Part shown: one piece after another, positions 1-12,353 of the stretch
Layout: each line of letters starts with the position of its first letter
Position numbering within the stretch: position 1 is the stretch's first letter
Assembly (NCBI RefSeq): GCF_011386835.1
Contig: NC_088805.1
Location: forward strand, 27,094,001-27,158,000
Source: Chrysemys picta bellii
Taxonomy: Eukaryota
DNA: 64,000 nucleotides
Reading direction: 5' to 3'
The notes under the pieces: generated by a model
Told to the model about the DNA's origin: nothing
Database searches by the model: none
Seen by the model: the letters and a program-made list of their open reading frames with translations, nothing else
Translations under genes and position numbers: made by a program

Positions 1-1377
1 ACTATAGACACCAGATTTTTTTTTCTTCTATTTTTGTTAAATATATTTAATGCAAATACAGGTTAGGGAAGGGGTTCACACAGAAAGCAGCAAGTGGATG
101 TATAGTTAAATATCAGAGAAGGCTAAAATACTTGTTATATCCAAAGTAACACTGAAGGTACTATTAAAAATTAGGTCAATTTTATTTCAAACAGGATAGA
201 AATTTCCAAATGGCTTTTCTACAGGCCAAAAGAAAATAAGAAAAGCAGTAAGAATTTTGATCTTCATGACATAACTTTATAGCTCTGACCCTTGTCTGTT
301 TGGCCAAGGAGTGCACAGCAAAAATCAGGAGGGGTGAAGGAGAGTTTCAAGCCATTTTTGCACTCCTCTGATCCTGGGCCAGCTGTGCACCAGATGGATC
401 CACTGAAGTCTCAGAACAGTCTGAAGGCTGCCAGTGACCTCCAGGGGCTATTCTGACAACTAGTCAGGGTGCAGGGAAGTCTTGTCCACAAACACTTCTC
501 CATTTCCTAATTTATGTAGGAAGAATTGGGCCAGATCTACATCACTGGAGGATTGCCCCTACACTGGGATGATCCTCCTGTGGGCAGCTATCACTGCTTT
601 AGAATCACTTTGCATAAATAAAGCAGCACAAAGCTGCCTCAGTGCAGGGGAAACCCTAGGCCTGTATTTCTTACGAGGCCCCAGTTTAAGTTCATGAGGG
701 TAACATACAACCACAGGGCAAAGTTAGAAGACAGCACATATTTAAAAAGAAAAAAGTGGAAAAAGCTCAGAATCCAAGTAATTGTTCTCAAATCCTGCTT
801 CTGTCTTTGTGCCAATGAAGGGTCCCTCTGGCAGCACAATCAGTTTACTTAAGTTGTGTAAGGAGATTGGGAGTGGAGTGTGCGCACCTTTGGCATGGCG
901 TGGAGCTTGGTTCTGCAATGGCTCCATGCTTACCAGCACATAGTGAATGAATTCAGGCAAGGCAGGAAGGAGAGGGCCGAGCTAGGAAATGGGTGGAACA
1001 GAACTTCCTATCCTTTCCCCTGAGAAATGTAGTGTTAGGGCGACAGTAACAGCTGAAGAGCAGCTCTACTAGCTTTCTGTGGCCTTGGGAAAGGATTCCG
1101 TCCCCTTGGTTTCTTTGGGAAGATCCATAGACTTTACAGTGAAATTCACCTCAGTGCAGAAGGCTCACCGAAGACCCTCCATATGACTTAAGCCGTTAAC
1201 CTGGCACTTAAATAATGTAGAGGGTTTTTTGCATGGAAGTTCATTTCAACCTTATATTACCCACTGAAAATAAATAATTTGAAAGTAACCTATGTAGAAA
1301 CAGTGAGAAAACAAAGCAATATTCAATTGAACGATCTGAGGAAATGACGGGGTAAGAAGCAGGAATTCTAAACGAAT

Positions 1378-1560
1378 TCATAATACCAGCCTATCCTCGC
1401 CACCTTCCTGAATGACTTGACCAACAGAAGTTTGATTTTGTTGCTTTAGAAAACACTCTCTCTTACACTCCATCAGTTGCTCAAAATCCCGCCACATTTT
1501 AGCTTGCTTCATATTTGGTCCATGACTTTCCCGCACAGCTTTTTGTTTCTCTCGTAGTTT
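1378..1560 (-). CDS. IFT81: IFT81 exon 19 (last coding exon, includes TGA)
   Basis: Acceptor ttcataacag; [60 protein letters not shown]; 183 nt. Confidence 0.96.
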   Translation of the reverse strand, partial: KLREKQKAVRESHGPNMKQAKMWRDFEQLMECKRECFLKQQNQTSVGQVIQEGGEDRLVL

Positions 1561-2584
1561 CTGTTATGAACAAATAAAGTTACCGTATTTCAGATTTTTG
1601 GATAGGTTCAACATGACAAATGTTAGCTTACATAGGTAGCCTAATGTGAATAAAGAACATTTCCTCTCCCCTTGAAACATTATTAATATTCAGTTAAATT
1701 CAAAAACATTCCTTGTAAATGGATATGCAGCATTCTCTGTAGAGTCTTTGATGTGTGTGCCTTGTATAATGTTAATTTTATTGCAGCTCCTTGAAAATAA
1801 CACCCCATTTTTTATATAGTGCAACTTTACCCTGCTGTGTTCCCAGTTTCTCTGTGGGGAGTCCCATTTGTTTTGTAAAAGTTTATTTTAAAAAATCAGT
1901 TCACTTCCAGACTGAGACACTGCATAGCAAGTTATAGCCTGTAATGGATTCTGATCATGAAGTTATATATCCTGAAATTAAACTTTTACATGAGAAACTG
2001 CAATTAATTCTCAACTATAGTGACACAAACTTGTAAAATTCACTCGCAAACTGACTCAAAGGGAAAACTAGAGAGGAAAAAGAGAACATTCTGATTGAAA
2101 TAGCATGGCTAAGCCCTTCACTAACCTGAACTTCACATGTGAATAAACTTGGACAACGGCTTTTGTTAACACAACTACATTGAAGATATCATTAGCCTTT
2201 TATAAAGATAAGACTGACAGCTCTAAAATGTATTGACTTCAACAGGTTGCTTTATATACGACTTCAAATTTGAGCTGGCACAGTTTGTTATATCTATGTT
2301 TCAGTTTCTTATCCAAATGGTTTACAGGGTATGTGCTGTTGTGTTAAGCTGTTTGACTATCTTTTACAAGAAGCTCATGCTATGCTCTGTAGGAAATCAA
2401 ACTCTGAAGGGTAAGTGTGATATCTTTTCAGGGGATTCATTACTGATGCCAACAGTAATGGAGTTTTCTCTGTGTTCTGCAATATGCTTTTTAAAAGGAT
2501 GAGCACAGTTTTGAACATTGAACCAAATAAAAGTACGAACTGCAACATGTTTGTTCAAGTGAAAAAACCCAAACTCATCCTTAC

Positions 2585-2630
2585 CTTCCCAAGGTTTTCT
2601 TGTTCAAGGATCATTCGTGTATACTGTTCT
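2585..2630 (-). CDS. IFT81: IFT81 exon 18
   Basis: Acceptor ccttctttag, donor gtaagg; (R)EQYTRMILEQENLGK; 46 nt. Confidence 0.94.
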
Positions 2631-5600
2631 CTAAAGAAGGTACATAATAGAATTTTAATTAGCTCTAAGTAATAAAACAGATTAACTCTACAAGTGGGGA
2701 AAAAATGGAAAGTGGTAGAAAGTTTACAAGTATAGCCAGGATGGGGATACCATCAAAATCTAAGGGCCCCTAAATAAGAAAGTCAAAAGAGTGAGATGAA
2801 GAAACATCTTTATCCTCAGGCTTCAGGACTTTTTTGACCCCCATAATTGTGCAGTTGGCATAAAATGCTATTCACGAATGGATAAGGTCACTGTTAAGCT
2901 TTCAGAGCAAGTTTGATTTCTGGGGTTCCCCACGTGAAGTCTGGGTACGTGGCTCCTCCCGAATAATGCACGGTTGAGACCCTTTTTAATATTGCATTAA
3001 AGTCGCCAGTATTCGGAGACTGCTCAGTGTCATACTTCTGTACAAATGCCATACAGTGTTCAAATCCAGACTGCTTCGCTCATGGAAATAGTATCATTGG
3101 AGCAAAGGGGAAGACTCAGGAGTTCAAGATGAGCAGGATTTGGTCTCATGTTTGACAAAACCTAACACTGGTGGCCTGATTTTCAAAGATGCTGAGCATC
3201 CTGCAGCTCCAGTGGATTTCAATAGGAATTGCTGGGTGCTCAGCACTTCTGAAAATCAGGCTAGAGATAGATGTAGGAGCATCACTCTTGACATCCAATA
3301 TTAAAAATCTTGGCCTGTTGCTGTCATTGGTGGATGAAGCTATTCCCTTGATGTACATGAAACCTGACAGCATGATAGAATATGCAAATCATAACAAATT
3401 CTGATAGGCTGTTATGCCCTTGTTTACATATTTTTCAAATTTAGGTGAGATATTAAGAAACATGATCTCTTTTAAGAACGAAGTATGATGGTGTGGAACA
3501 AGCACACTTAGCTGCAGAGGGTTTGGGAGTTCATGGAACACAGAGTGGTTCAAACATCTAAAGAACTTTCAAAATTGCTCAGCATGGGGAAATCCTAGTT
3601 TCCAAAAGGATAAAACACATCAATAAACCACAGCAGGTTGTGCTAGTAGGGTATTATTAGGCAAGGGTGGCGGATCTGCTGTGATACATTCCCCATTCCC
3701 ATTGACTACTCCATCTTTGAGCTCCAGTACATTCTTTGAGCTCCATGCCATCTGATCCTGGCTCCTGCTCTCTCAGCAGAGTAGATGTGTTAGGGGCCGG
3801 AGAGGGGGTGGCTGGAGCATGTTGTGCTCTGGCAACTCAGAACCATTCTAGCCAGTGTGTAAGTCCGAACAGCCATGAGGCTGCTCTAAGTTGTGCTAGG
3901 AGCCAAACTGGCCCTGGCTATTCCCACCAGATCAAAAGAACAGAAAGCCATCTAAAGTCTCCTCCTTCCTATTAAGCTCACTGGATGTTACTCAGGCACA
4001 ACTAAGAACCTGGCCCCAGGATGTGTTTTTTGTTTGTTTTAAGTAAAGCTGTTTATTGCAAAACAATGATAAAGAACAAGAACTCTTTTTTCATGGTAGT
4101 CTTTTTCTTTACTATTTATAATGATGACTGGAATGAAGGCAACTTAATTAGAAAAAAACCCAACCTTTATTTTTAGAGAACAAAATTAACTTTTCACATT
4201 CCTTAGTACTGACTGTATGGAACAGAGTTTATATCCAATAAAGAGGGTCAGAATTAAGACTTTTTTGTTCAATACGGTATTAGGAAAGTGCTGTTCTATT
4301 TATGGTTCATTTTAGCTCTGTTTACATTCCAGTGCCCAGTGAAAATACATACACATCCTGAAAGGAGGTCTAGAAACTCATTTTCTCTCCCTATTTTGCA
4401 TTTTGTAAATATCTGCATATCAAAGCCTTCAGTATATTTATAAATGTGAATGCTTTCTGAACTCACAGAAGGTCAAAATAAAATGTTTATAATTTCAGAG
4501 AAACTGTTACCTTATCTAGCTTCTTTTCTCATGTTTAGCAAAGGTTCAGTGAAACAGAGACAGCAGGAGAAGTGGCAATGCTCCACTCAAGTCTTACTCT
4601 CAATGCTCAGAATCCCATAACTCCACTCACCATGTTCCAATTCCCGCATTTCCCCTACTTGCTCCTCTGTTTGCCCAATCACAGTTACTTGATTCCATGA
4701 AACCATTATTGACAGATGGCAGTAGCGTTTGCCATGTGCCGCGCACTTTCCACACACAATGGAAGATGCAGTTTCTGCCCTAAAGAGCATCCAGTCTTAT
4801 AAAAAATAAGGGGAGCTGAGTGGTGGAAAGGGATACAACATACAAAGAGATTAGGAGATGAGACACATTTGGAGGTTGGTTTGTGTTTTTAAGTTATATT
4901 CACTAAATTCTCTTCACCCTCAACTTGGCCCTCTCACTTTTCTCCTACACCAATTCCCAGTTTCAGTTCTAGTGTACTAATAACGGCCCCTCTGTAGAAC
5001 ATTCAAGTTCTTCTCTGCAAATAAGTGACCAGTTATTATTATTAAATATTAATATTCCAGTAGCACCCACTTGTGTCTGCTGGGGTGAATGGTATCAGGA
5101 GGGTACAAGGAACAACACACAAGTCTCCTCTGAGCATAGGCACTCCTCCTTTCAAGCACCAGTACTAGTGCTAGCTATTGTATCAGACTGGCAAGAGCTG
5201 GTCAGGATCTGAGGACAACATATGCTACACTCCCTTGAAAAGGTGATGAATTTGCTGCTTCAGTGTGCACTTTCAGAAACCCCTGGAGGAAATCTGTCTG
5301 ACTCTCTGTCTGACTCACGCATTATTTCCTCCTTGGGCTTAGCTGCAGCAAGACACCTTTGCATCCATCTCCAACGGGAACCTGAGTTAAAAGCTACTGT
5401 CTGGCCTATAGTCTCCAACACAAAGGGAAAGGTTTTTGGTATGTTTGAGAGAACTCCTGGATATACAATAATATCTTTTGGATGTAGGATACTTATTTTT
5501 TTTAATATTATAGTATTTTTAAGCTTAGATAGTGAATTCTTTCTTCCAGTTTAAATACCAATGAAAAAATTTATAACTTCAGGCTCAGTTTATAAAAATC

Positions 5601-5639
5601 CTCTGAATTAACACACAAGAGACAGACAAGAACATTTAC

Positions 5640-5725
5640 CTAATTGCTTTTCTTCTGTCTTGTGGATCTGGGGAAACATATGTCTTCATCTCATCTTTAG
5701 CACGTTGAAGTTGTATTTCTAGATT
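5640..5725 (-). CDS. IFT81: IFT81 exon 17
   Basis: Acceptor tttccttttag, donor gtaaat; NLEIQLQRAKDEMKTYVSPDPQDRRKAI(R); 86 nt. Confidence 0.95.
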
Positions 5726-5822
5726 CTAAAAGGAAATACACAGCATATTTTAGACATATACCATCTTTCCTACTTAAATATTCTCACCTACACATGTTTA
5801 GACTTCTCTCTCGTGGACTTAC

Positions 5823-5894
5823 CTTTTTCATGCAGTTAGTATGATGATAGCAGCTTTCTTCCTGAATACACTCCTCACGCAGCCCTTTTACTTC
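5823..5894 (-). CDS. IFT81: IFT81 exon 16
   Basis: Acceptor cacactgcag, donor gtaagt; [24 protein letters not shown]; 72 nt. Confidence 0.95.
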
Positions 5895-6404
5895 CTGCAG
5901 TGTGAGAACAATCTATTTTATTAGGCAGTATTCTTGAAAGTCCTCAGCAGACAGACTGTTATTGTACGAAGTACAACTGGAAGTGTTTAGGGCAACATCC
6001 TGCCATAATTTTGTGTGCAGAATTCTGACTGCAGTCAATGTCATGTGAATTAGTAATTGAATTCCCTTTGCTTATTGTGCAAAGCATTGTTCGCTGCTTT
6101 GGGCTCAAAATCTTTGAATTCTATAAAGATTACATCCATTTAAATTTGAGACATTCAGCACTCATCAGTCATGAGTTAAGCTTCATAAGAAATTACCAAG
6201 AATTAAAACAAATATTTAAAAGATTGCTCAACCAAAAGATCTTAAAATTCTGCAGCAGCAAATGAAGGTAATGCATATCACCATGTACTGTTCAGTACTT
6301 TAAATGGTGAAATCATTTGGGTTTTCCAGTATTAAAGCTCCTTTTAAAATGGTAATGAAAGGATTAAAAAAAATCCCTTTGGCCCCTTAATGTTTTGTCT
6401 AGAC

Positions 6405-6576
6405 TTAGAGACTAACAAATTTATTAGAGCATAAGCTTTCGTGGGCTACTGCCCACTTCTTCGTGGGCAGTAGCCCACAAAAGCTTATGCTCTAATAAAT
6501 TTGTTAGTCTCTAAAGTGCCACAAGTACTCTTGTTCTTTTTGCGGATACAGACTAACACGGCTGCTACTCTGAAAC
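6405..6576. mobile_element. Penelope-like element (PLE) terminal-repeat relic in inverted (hairpin) arrangement
   Basis: 52-bp arms 6405-6456 and 6463-6514 with one mismatch around TTCTTC; same terminal sequence family (gcttatgc..aataaatttgttagtctctaa..gtgccacaag) as the larger PLE at 50958-51690. Confidence 0.8.
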
Positions 6577-6916
6577 TTCATAAATGTGTTCCAGGACTCA
6601 AATCCTAGTTCTTATTCACGTCATAAGGGTTCGTGTCCTGGAACACATTTGTGAAATGTCAACATCAGAAGGTACCATCATGTTAGCTAACACGTTAACT
6701 GACAATCAATTAACATGTTAGAATAGGACTTAAAATTCAAGTCTAGACAAAACTGTTAGGGTTGGTCTCCAGAAATAGAAACTAGACCACTACAAGGATG
6801 TTTATACTAGTATATCTGCATACACACTGGGGGATTGCACGGATTTAACTACATCAGTTTGTAAATTGATATAGTTAAAGCAGTTCAAAACTTGTGTGTA
6901 TACAATCCCTGTTTTT

Positions 6917-7195
6917 GGCCTGGTCTACCCTAGGATTTTACCTCAGTAAAGGTACATCTCTCAGGGATGTGAAAAATCCACCCCCCCCAAGAGAGGTAGC
7001 TATACTGATTTAATCCCCGGGGGCAGACAGTGCTAGGCTGACAGAGTTCTTCCGTCGACCTAGCTACTGCTTCTTGGGAAGGCAGATTACCTACGGCGAT
7101 GGGAGAACTCCTCCCACCGACATCGGTAGTGTCTGCACTGAAGCACTATAGCGGAGCAGCTGTGCTGCTGTAGCATTTTAGGTGTAGACAAGCAC
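6917..7195. mobile_element. PIF/Harbinger-type MITE (GTCTACAC TIR family)
   Basis: Ends ggcctggtctaccc / gtgtagacaagcac, flanks ttt/tta; internal similarity to the copies at 10511 and 62212. Confidence 0.65.
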
Positions 7196-7814
7196 TTAGA
7201 CATACAAGTATATGTTTGGATATTTATAAAAAGTGATATCTGTAATCTATCCAATATGCTAACAGGCACATATAATAAGCATTTTTTAAATTCTCAGGGA
7301 AAACAATTACTCTGTATGCCTATGGATAGCAGCTGCTTAACATTTCATTACATTTATCCATTAACCATTGGTTTTGTTTTGCTAATTTAGTGAAAATGGC
7401 ATTCCAGTTACATAAACATTTGAAGATTTCTCTTGGTAATAACTCATTAACATTCAAACAGCCAAATGCTATCCTAGCAGGTGCTACATGAGTGAGCAGG
7501 GATTCTGGCAGATGCATCTTCTGCAAAAAGAATTTTGCTGGTCAGGACAAGATTCCATTGGATGGGCCTGGAAGACCCACTCAATGCATTTGTTGTGCTC
7601 AAACAGGAGATGTGTACAACTCCAGATAGACCTAGGCACCTCAGGATGTGTGGAGCTGGAAATGCATAGTTGGGGAAATCAAGTCACTCCCAACCTGCGT
7701 GCACTGGGGTCTTCCTTGTCCAGAAAGCAGGGTCTGCGTTTATCCCAGTTACAAGGGCATCATTCCATGACATTTCAATAGGCAGTTTTATCCCTCCAAT
7801 TCCCATCTCTTCTC

Positions 7815-7960
7815 TGGGACCCCCATTTTATAGATGGGGAATTGAGGCACTGAGAGACTAAGTGACTTTCCCAAAGTCACACAGGAAGTCTGTGGCAATG
7901 CAGGAAATTGAGCCTGGGTCTCCCACCAGTGCCCCACTCACTGGGCCATCCTTCCTGTCC
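7815..7960 (-). mobile_element. MIR/CORE-SINE fragment
   Basis: cccattttatagatggggaattgaggcactgagagactaagtgactttcccaaagtcacacag matches the reverse of the MIR core. Confidence 0.7.
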
Positions 7961-8039
7961 AGAGACAGGGTGGGGGAATTTATCCCATAATGAATTATAT
8001 TCTTCCTAGTTTGTAAATATACAGTAATAACAATCTTAC

Positions 8040-8126
8040 CTGTTCGAGTGTGGAGCGATTACTTTCTAAACCTGCTGCACAGCTGTCATACTGGCCTTTT
8101 TTCCCATCACATTCTTGGGTTAACTC
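8040..8126 (-). CDS. IFT81: IFT81 exon 15
   Basis: Acceptor ttttcacaccag, donor gtaaga; [29 protein letters not shown]; 87 nt. Confidence 0.96.
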
Positions 8127-9283
8127 CTGGTGTGAAAAGGGCAGAAGGTCATGTAAACGAAAACTTCAGTCTAGTCACATAAGGCACCTAAGCAATGTAA
8201 GTTCTTGTCAGTCTCACACTTCAACCTCAGCTATTGGCACACTCAGAGTGTCTTACATAAACCAAGCAGACATACGAGTAGAATTACAAGGATATCACTC
8301 TAGCCCTGCATATTGGAGGATCAGTAGTGTAAACTACAACGTAACATACAAGTTTCCTTTTGATATTTATATCCAAAGTCTTTAACATGGTGGATTCAAT
8401 TTCTAAGTTGTTCACAAAGCGTCAAAGGTTTTACTTGCTCTTTAAACATTAAGCCTACAAGATAGTTTAGATGATCAATTATGTTCCAGGTAAATACAAT
8501 TTTGTCGACATTTATTTACATTATAAAACAAGAATAGGTTGGCCTTTGCAGAAAGAAAGAAAAAATTGATGTTACATTAAAACTTTTTAGCAAACAATGA
8601 AAGTTATCCTACTTCCCCTTACAAGGAGTACATATTGTTACTAAATCCCATTTAGTTATCCTGTATTTGCAGACACATGTTTTAAAATGAATTACAAAAA
8701 GAGTGTGTCCAAATCCTCAGCTAGTAAAAAAGGGGCAGAGCTTCATTTTTTTATTGGAAGTGGGACAGTTTACACCCGCTGAGGATCTGGATGACTTCTT
8801 CCCCCCCCCCCCGCCCCCCCCCAGCCCTGTAGCTTTCTAAAGCCAATGGATAAAATTGCCGTCTTCAAGATGGTACCGGTGTGTTCAGCTACAACTGCTT
8901 AATTATGATGTTTTGTTTTGTGATGATGATGTCATCACCATAGAAATGACTATTGTGAGGGGAAAAGCCTCAGACTGATAGTATTGTTGATTTTTAAGAG
9001 TTCCAGACCCCTTTGGCCACTTCATGTTGCAAACTGCTTTTCTCAATCAGAGTTTCACCACAGTTTACCTAATCTGCACCTTCCAGCTTCCCTCCAAGTT
9101 GACCGTGGTCTCGTACTAGGTAAAAGAGGTTTGTAAATCACGTATAATTGTGGTTTTGCCTTCCATACAGCTGTAAGGAGGCTCTCATGTAACTAACATG
9201 ACAGTGTTATTTGTCATTAAAATCATTCTATTTTCTGGGGGGGGAATCCCCAAGGTTTATAATTAAATTGTTTAAATCCACAA

Positions 9284-9405
9284 GCAGGGGGGCTGGAACA
9301 ATGTGTATAGTGGGGTGCTGAGAGCCATTGAACCAAATTGTAAACCCTGTATCTGATGGAAACCACTTCAAGCCAGGGGTGCTGCAGCACCCCCAGCACC
9401 TGTGT
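9284..9405. mobile_element. Probable hAT-type MITE fragment
   Basis: caggggggctggaacaa...ggggtgctgcagcacccccagcacc pattern; TSD not resolved. Confidence 0.4.
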
Positions 9406-9827
9406 CCACAAGACAGTATGGACTTGTACCACCACAGGATCTAGCTCTTTGGATACCAACAACTAAGAATAAAACTTAAGTAACATGCATATTGCCTTAC
9501 ATTTTCATAGGGGCCTCAACTCAGCCTCTAAATGTGCACATGCAATCAGTTTTGGACACAGACTTCTGAATGGCAGTTTACAGACAGACTTATCTACAGA
9601 CCTGATTCGCCACTTGTGATACCAGTTTTATGCTGCTGTAACGCTACTGAAACCAAACACCGTTATATTGGTATAAATCTGGAGTAAAGCAGGTCGCAGA
9701 TGTGCCCCTGATTTCATGGGCAAAACTGCAAAGCATAATTTAGAGGTGATTTCTGAAAATTTGTCCCACTGCACAGACAGTTCACGAATGTCTATTACAC
9801 AATATATTCCTAAACGTTTTTACTAAC

Positions 9828-9917
9828 CTGACAGTTCTGCCGCAACTGTCTCAATTCTTTGATAATTGGAGCTAAGCTTGACTTCTTATCTGCCACCATA
9901 GCATTCAGTTTTTTTAC
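9828..9917 (-). CDS. IFT81: IFT81 exon 14
   Basis: Acceptor cttcatatatcag, donor gttagt; [30 protein letters not shown]; 90 nt. Confidence 0.95.
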
Positions 9918-10510
9918 CTGATATATGAAGAAAAGGCATTACCTGAATATGCGATTAGTAAAACAGTGAGAGTATTAAGAATGGGAGGGCAAAGAAAAGG
10001 AAGGGAAAGATATGGGGAGAAAACAGGTATGAGATGTGAAGAAAGGGAACTGAATGATATATTACGTAAAACAAATGATAGGCAAACGATAATTAGGAAA
10101 CATAGTACATTTTATAATTGGGGTACCATCACAATCTACTTCAGCTCTGCTCTCATGGTTTGAATTGCCTGTTTATTCTGTATATAGATGAATTCTATCC
10201 TGCTGATTATGCAACCTAATGCCTTGCTTACACTGGAAGTTATTGTGAATAAAGGTCTCTGAACCTTTTTAGCTCAGGTATATGGCCTGTCAAACCCTGA
10301 AAAGAACCGAAAAAATGGAAAAAGTTCTAATCAGCTTCGGACATTACTTGCATTTACTGATCTATAAGGTGGACAAAAAGAAAATAGCTACGAATAAATA
10401 TATATTTTAAATAAGAGTATCAAATCTTCTACTGATATTTTATAATGTTCTTCATCAGGATAGATACAAAATTACACCTATTTACACCAAATTTCGTCCT
10501 CTCTCTCCAA

Positions 10511-10782
10511 AGGCAGGTCTACACTACCCCGTAAGTCGATTTAACTTACATCGCTCAGGGGTGTGAAAAAGACACCCCCTGTGAGCGATGCAAATCACAG
10601 CAACCCAAGCACTGTCCACACCAGCGCGAGACGCTCTCCTGCCGACTTAGCTTCCACCTCTCCTGGAAGTGGAGTAATTATGCTGACAGGAGAGTGCTCT
10701 TCCATTGACAGAGAGCATCTTCACCAGACGCACTACAGCAGCGCAGCTATGCCCATGTAGCGCTTCTAATATAGACCTGCCC
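10511..10782. mobile_element. PIF/Harbinger-type MITE
   Basis: TIRs aggcaggtctacact / aatatagacctgccc with 3-bp TSD caa (10508-10510, 10783-10785). Confidence 0.75.
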
Positions 10783-12224
10783 CAAGACTGTTTCTGAAAA
10801 CCGGGTATTTTGTACAGCGTGTAATAAAGAGGGAGCATTTCCATGAACACAGGATCCAATCCAACGCCCACTGAACTTAATGGATGAACTCACTTCAATG
10901 GAAGTTGTGTTAGGACCAATACAAATTGTAATCTAGAGTACAAAAACCTTTTAATAGGGATAGCTTTACAACGAAGTGTTATAAAGAGGAACCAATCTGT
11001 GCAGTAAAGATAGGAGAACCTCAAAAATTTATGAAGTTCAACCCTTATTTAACTTATGGCAATCTCTTGCTTCCCAAGAAACTTGTGTGATCCTCTTGCT
11101 TTCCATCAATCTAATTCCAATCCAATCCCTAGTCCTTCTTCTAATTTTAAATTGGTTAGACACTGACCAGGTAGTCTCTCTCCTGGATTCTAACGTTATA
11201 TTTTCTGCAAATGTGCAGACAGGCTGGGGCTTCCCCTGATAAAAATATATAGAAATCAATCTGAGTACTCAATGTTCCTCTGACAGGACATTCCAGAGCA
11301 GGAAATCCCTCCTGCTCCGGGGCTTCCTATTACTGGTTCAGCAACAATGAGATTTTTGCAAGTACATTTATAATTGCTTTAGAAATGATTGTAAAACACT
11401 TTGAAAACTAGAAATATTTTGAAATAATGAAATGACGCTGCCCAACTGTTCAAATCATATCCAGCCTCCTGGTTGAGAAGAATGCTTTTTTATTTTCACC
11501 AGTCAGTTTAAAAAGGGACCTGCAAAGTGTAAAAGAACAACCTATGCCCTTTTTTGTTGTTTCTTTACTATGTATAAATAAAGAAGGCTTGAGAAGCTTT
11601 TAAATAAATATTTTTTCTGTGTGATTTTTTCATTAGAAATTCAAGTCCTGTCTTGCCTTGATGAGTTAAATGATGAGATCATAAGATTCATGACAGTTGA
11701 AAGTTGAGCAATTGAGAGGGGAAAGGGATTAAGCAGGCTTTTTAAAACTCATTATGTTTTGAGTTTAACAACAACTATATACTTCCAGTGATTAAATCAC
11801 ATTTTGGAAAAGGGAGTCTTTGTTAAATTTCAATCCCATTCCATGTTTTCAATTAAGGTGCCAATACTAACAATAGACAATGCCTGAAATCACAAAAATG
11901 TCAAACCAAGGAAGCCTAGACTTGATACCCCTGATATTTCTAAAGGAAAAACGATCAGAAAACATTGCCCACGCACGCACGCACACTTTTAAAAAAGCCA
12001 GTCTTTGTACATCAAAAAGGGGCACACGCCCAATTTTACTAAATCTCTTCCAGGTCACCTTTGTAGCTGTACATTGCCCAAAAGTATTTGCAAAATGTAC
12101 TTCTACAAACATACACTGCATTCTATTTTAAAACCTGTGCCAGAAATGTTAATCCTGATTTTATTTTTTCTAAAATTAAACATCCAGCTTGCAGAAATCC
12201 AATAGTTAAATTAGGCAAAGTCAC

Positions 12225-12353
12225 CATTTCAGACATGTTATCTAATGTTCGTCCCTTCATTTCATCCATCTCGCTCTTTGCTGCAGATACTCTCTCCAAC
12301 TCCTCCTGTGTGTAACTGTATCCAGAGATACCCTTCTTGTCCTCAATAGCTTG
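12225..12353 (-). CDS. IFT81: IFT81 exon 13
   Basis: Acceptor cctatgtccacag, donor gtgact; [43 protein letters not shown]; 129 nt. Confidence 0.95.

Noticed and set aside
181-186. AATAAA on the minus strand as the IFT81 poly(A) signal (about 1.2 kb after the stop)
   Set aside because: Plausible, but AT-rich DNA has many such hexamers and cleavage cannot be located without 3'-end data.
5726-5822. 97-bp intron 16 among multi-kb introns
   Set aside because: Ordinary GT-AG intron; short introns are common.
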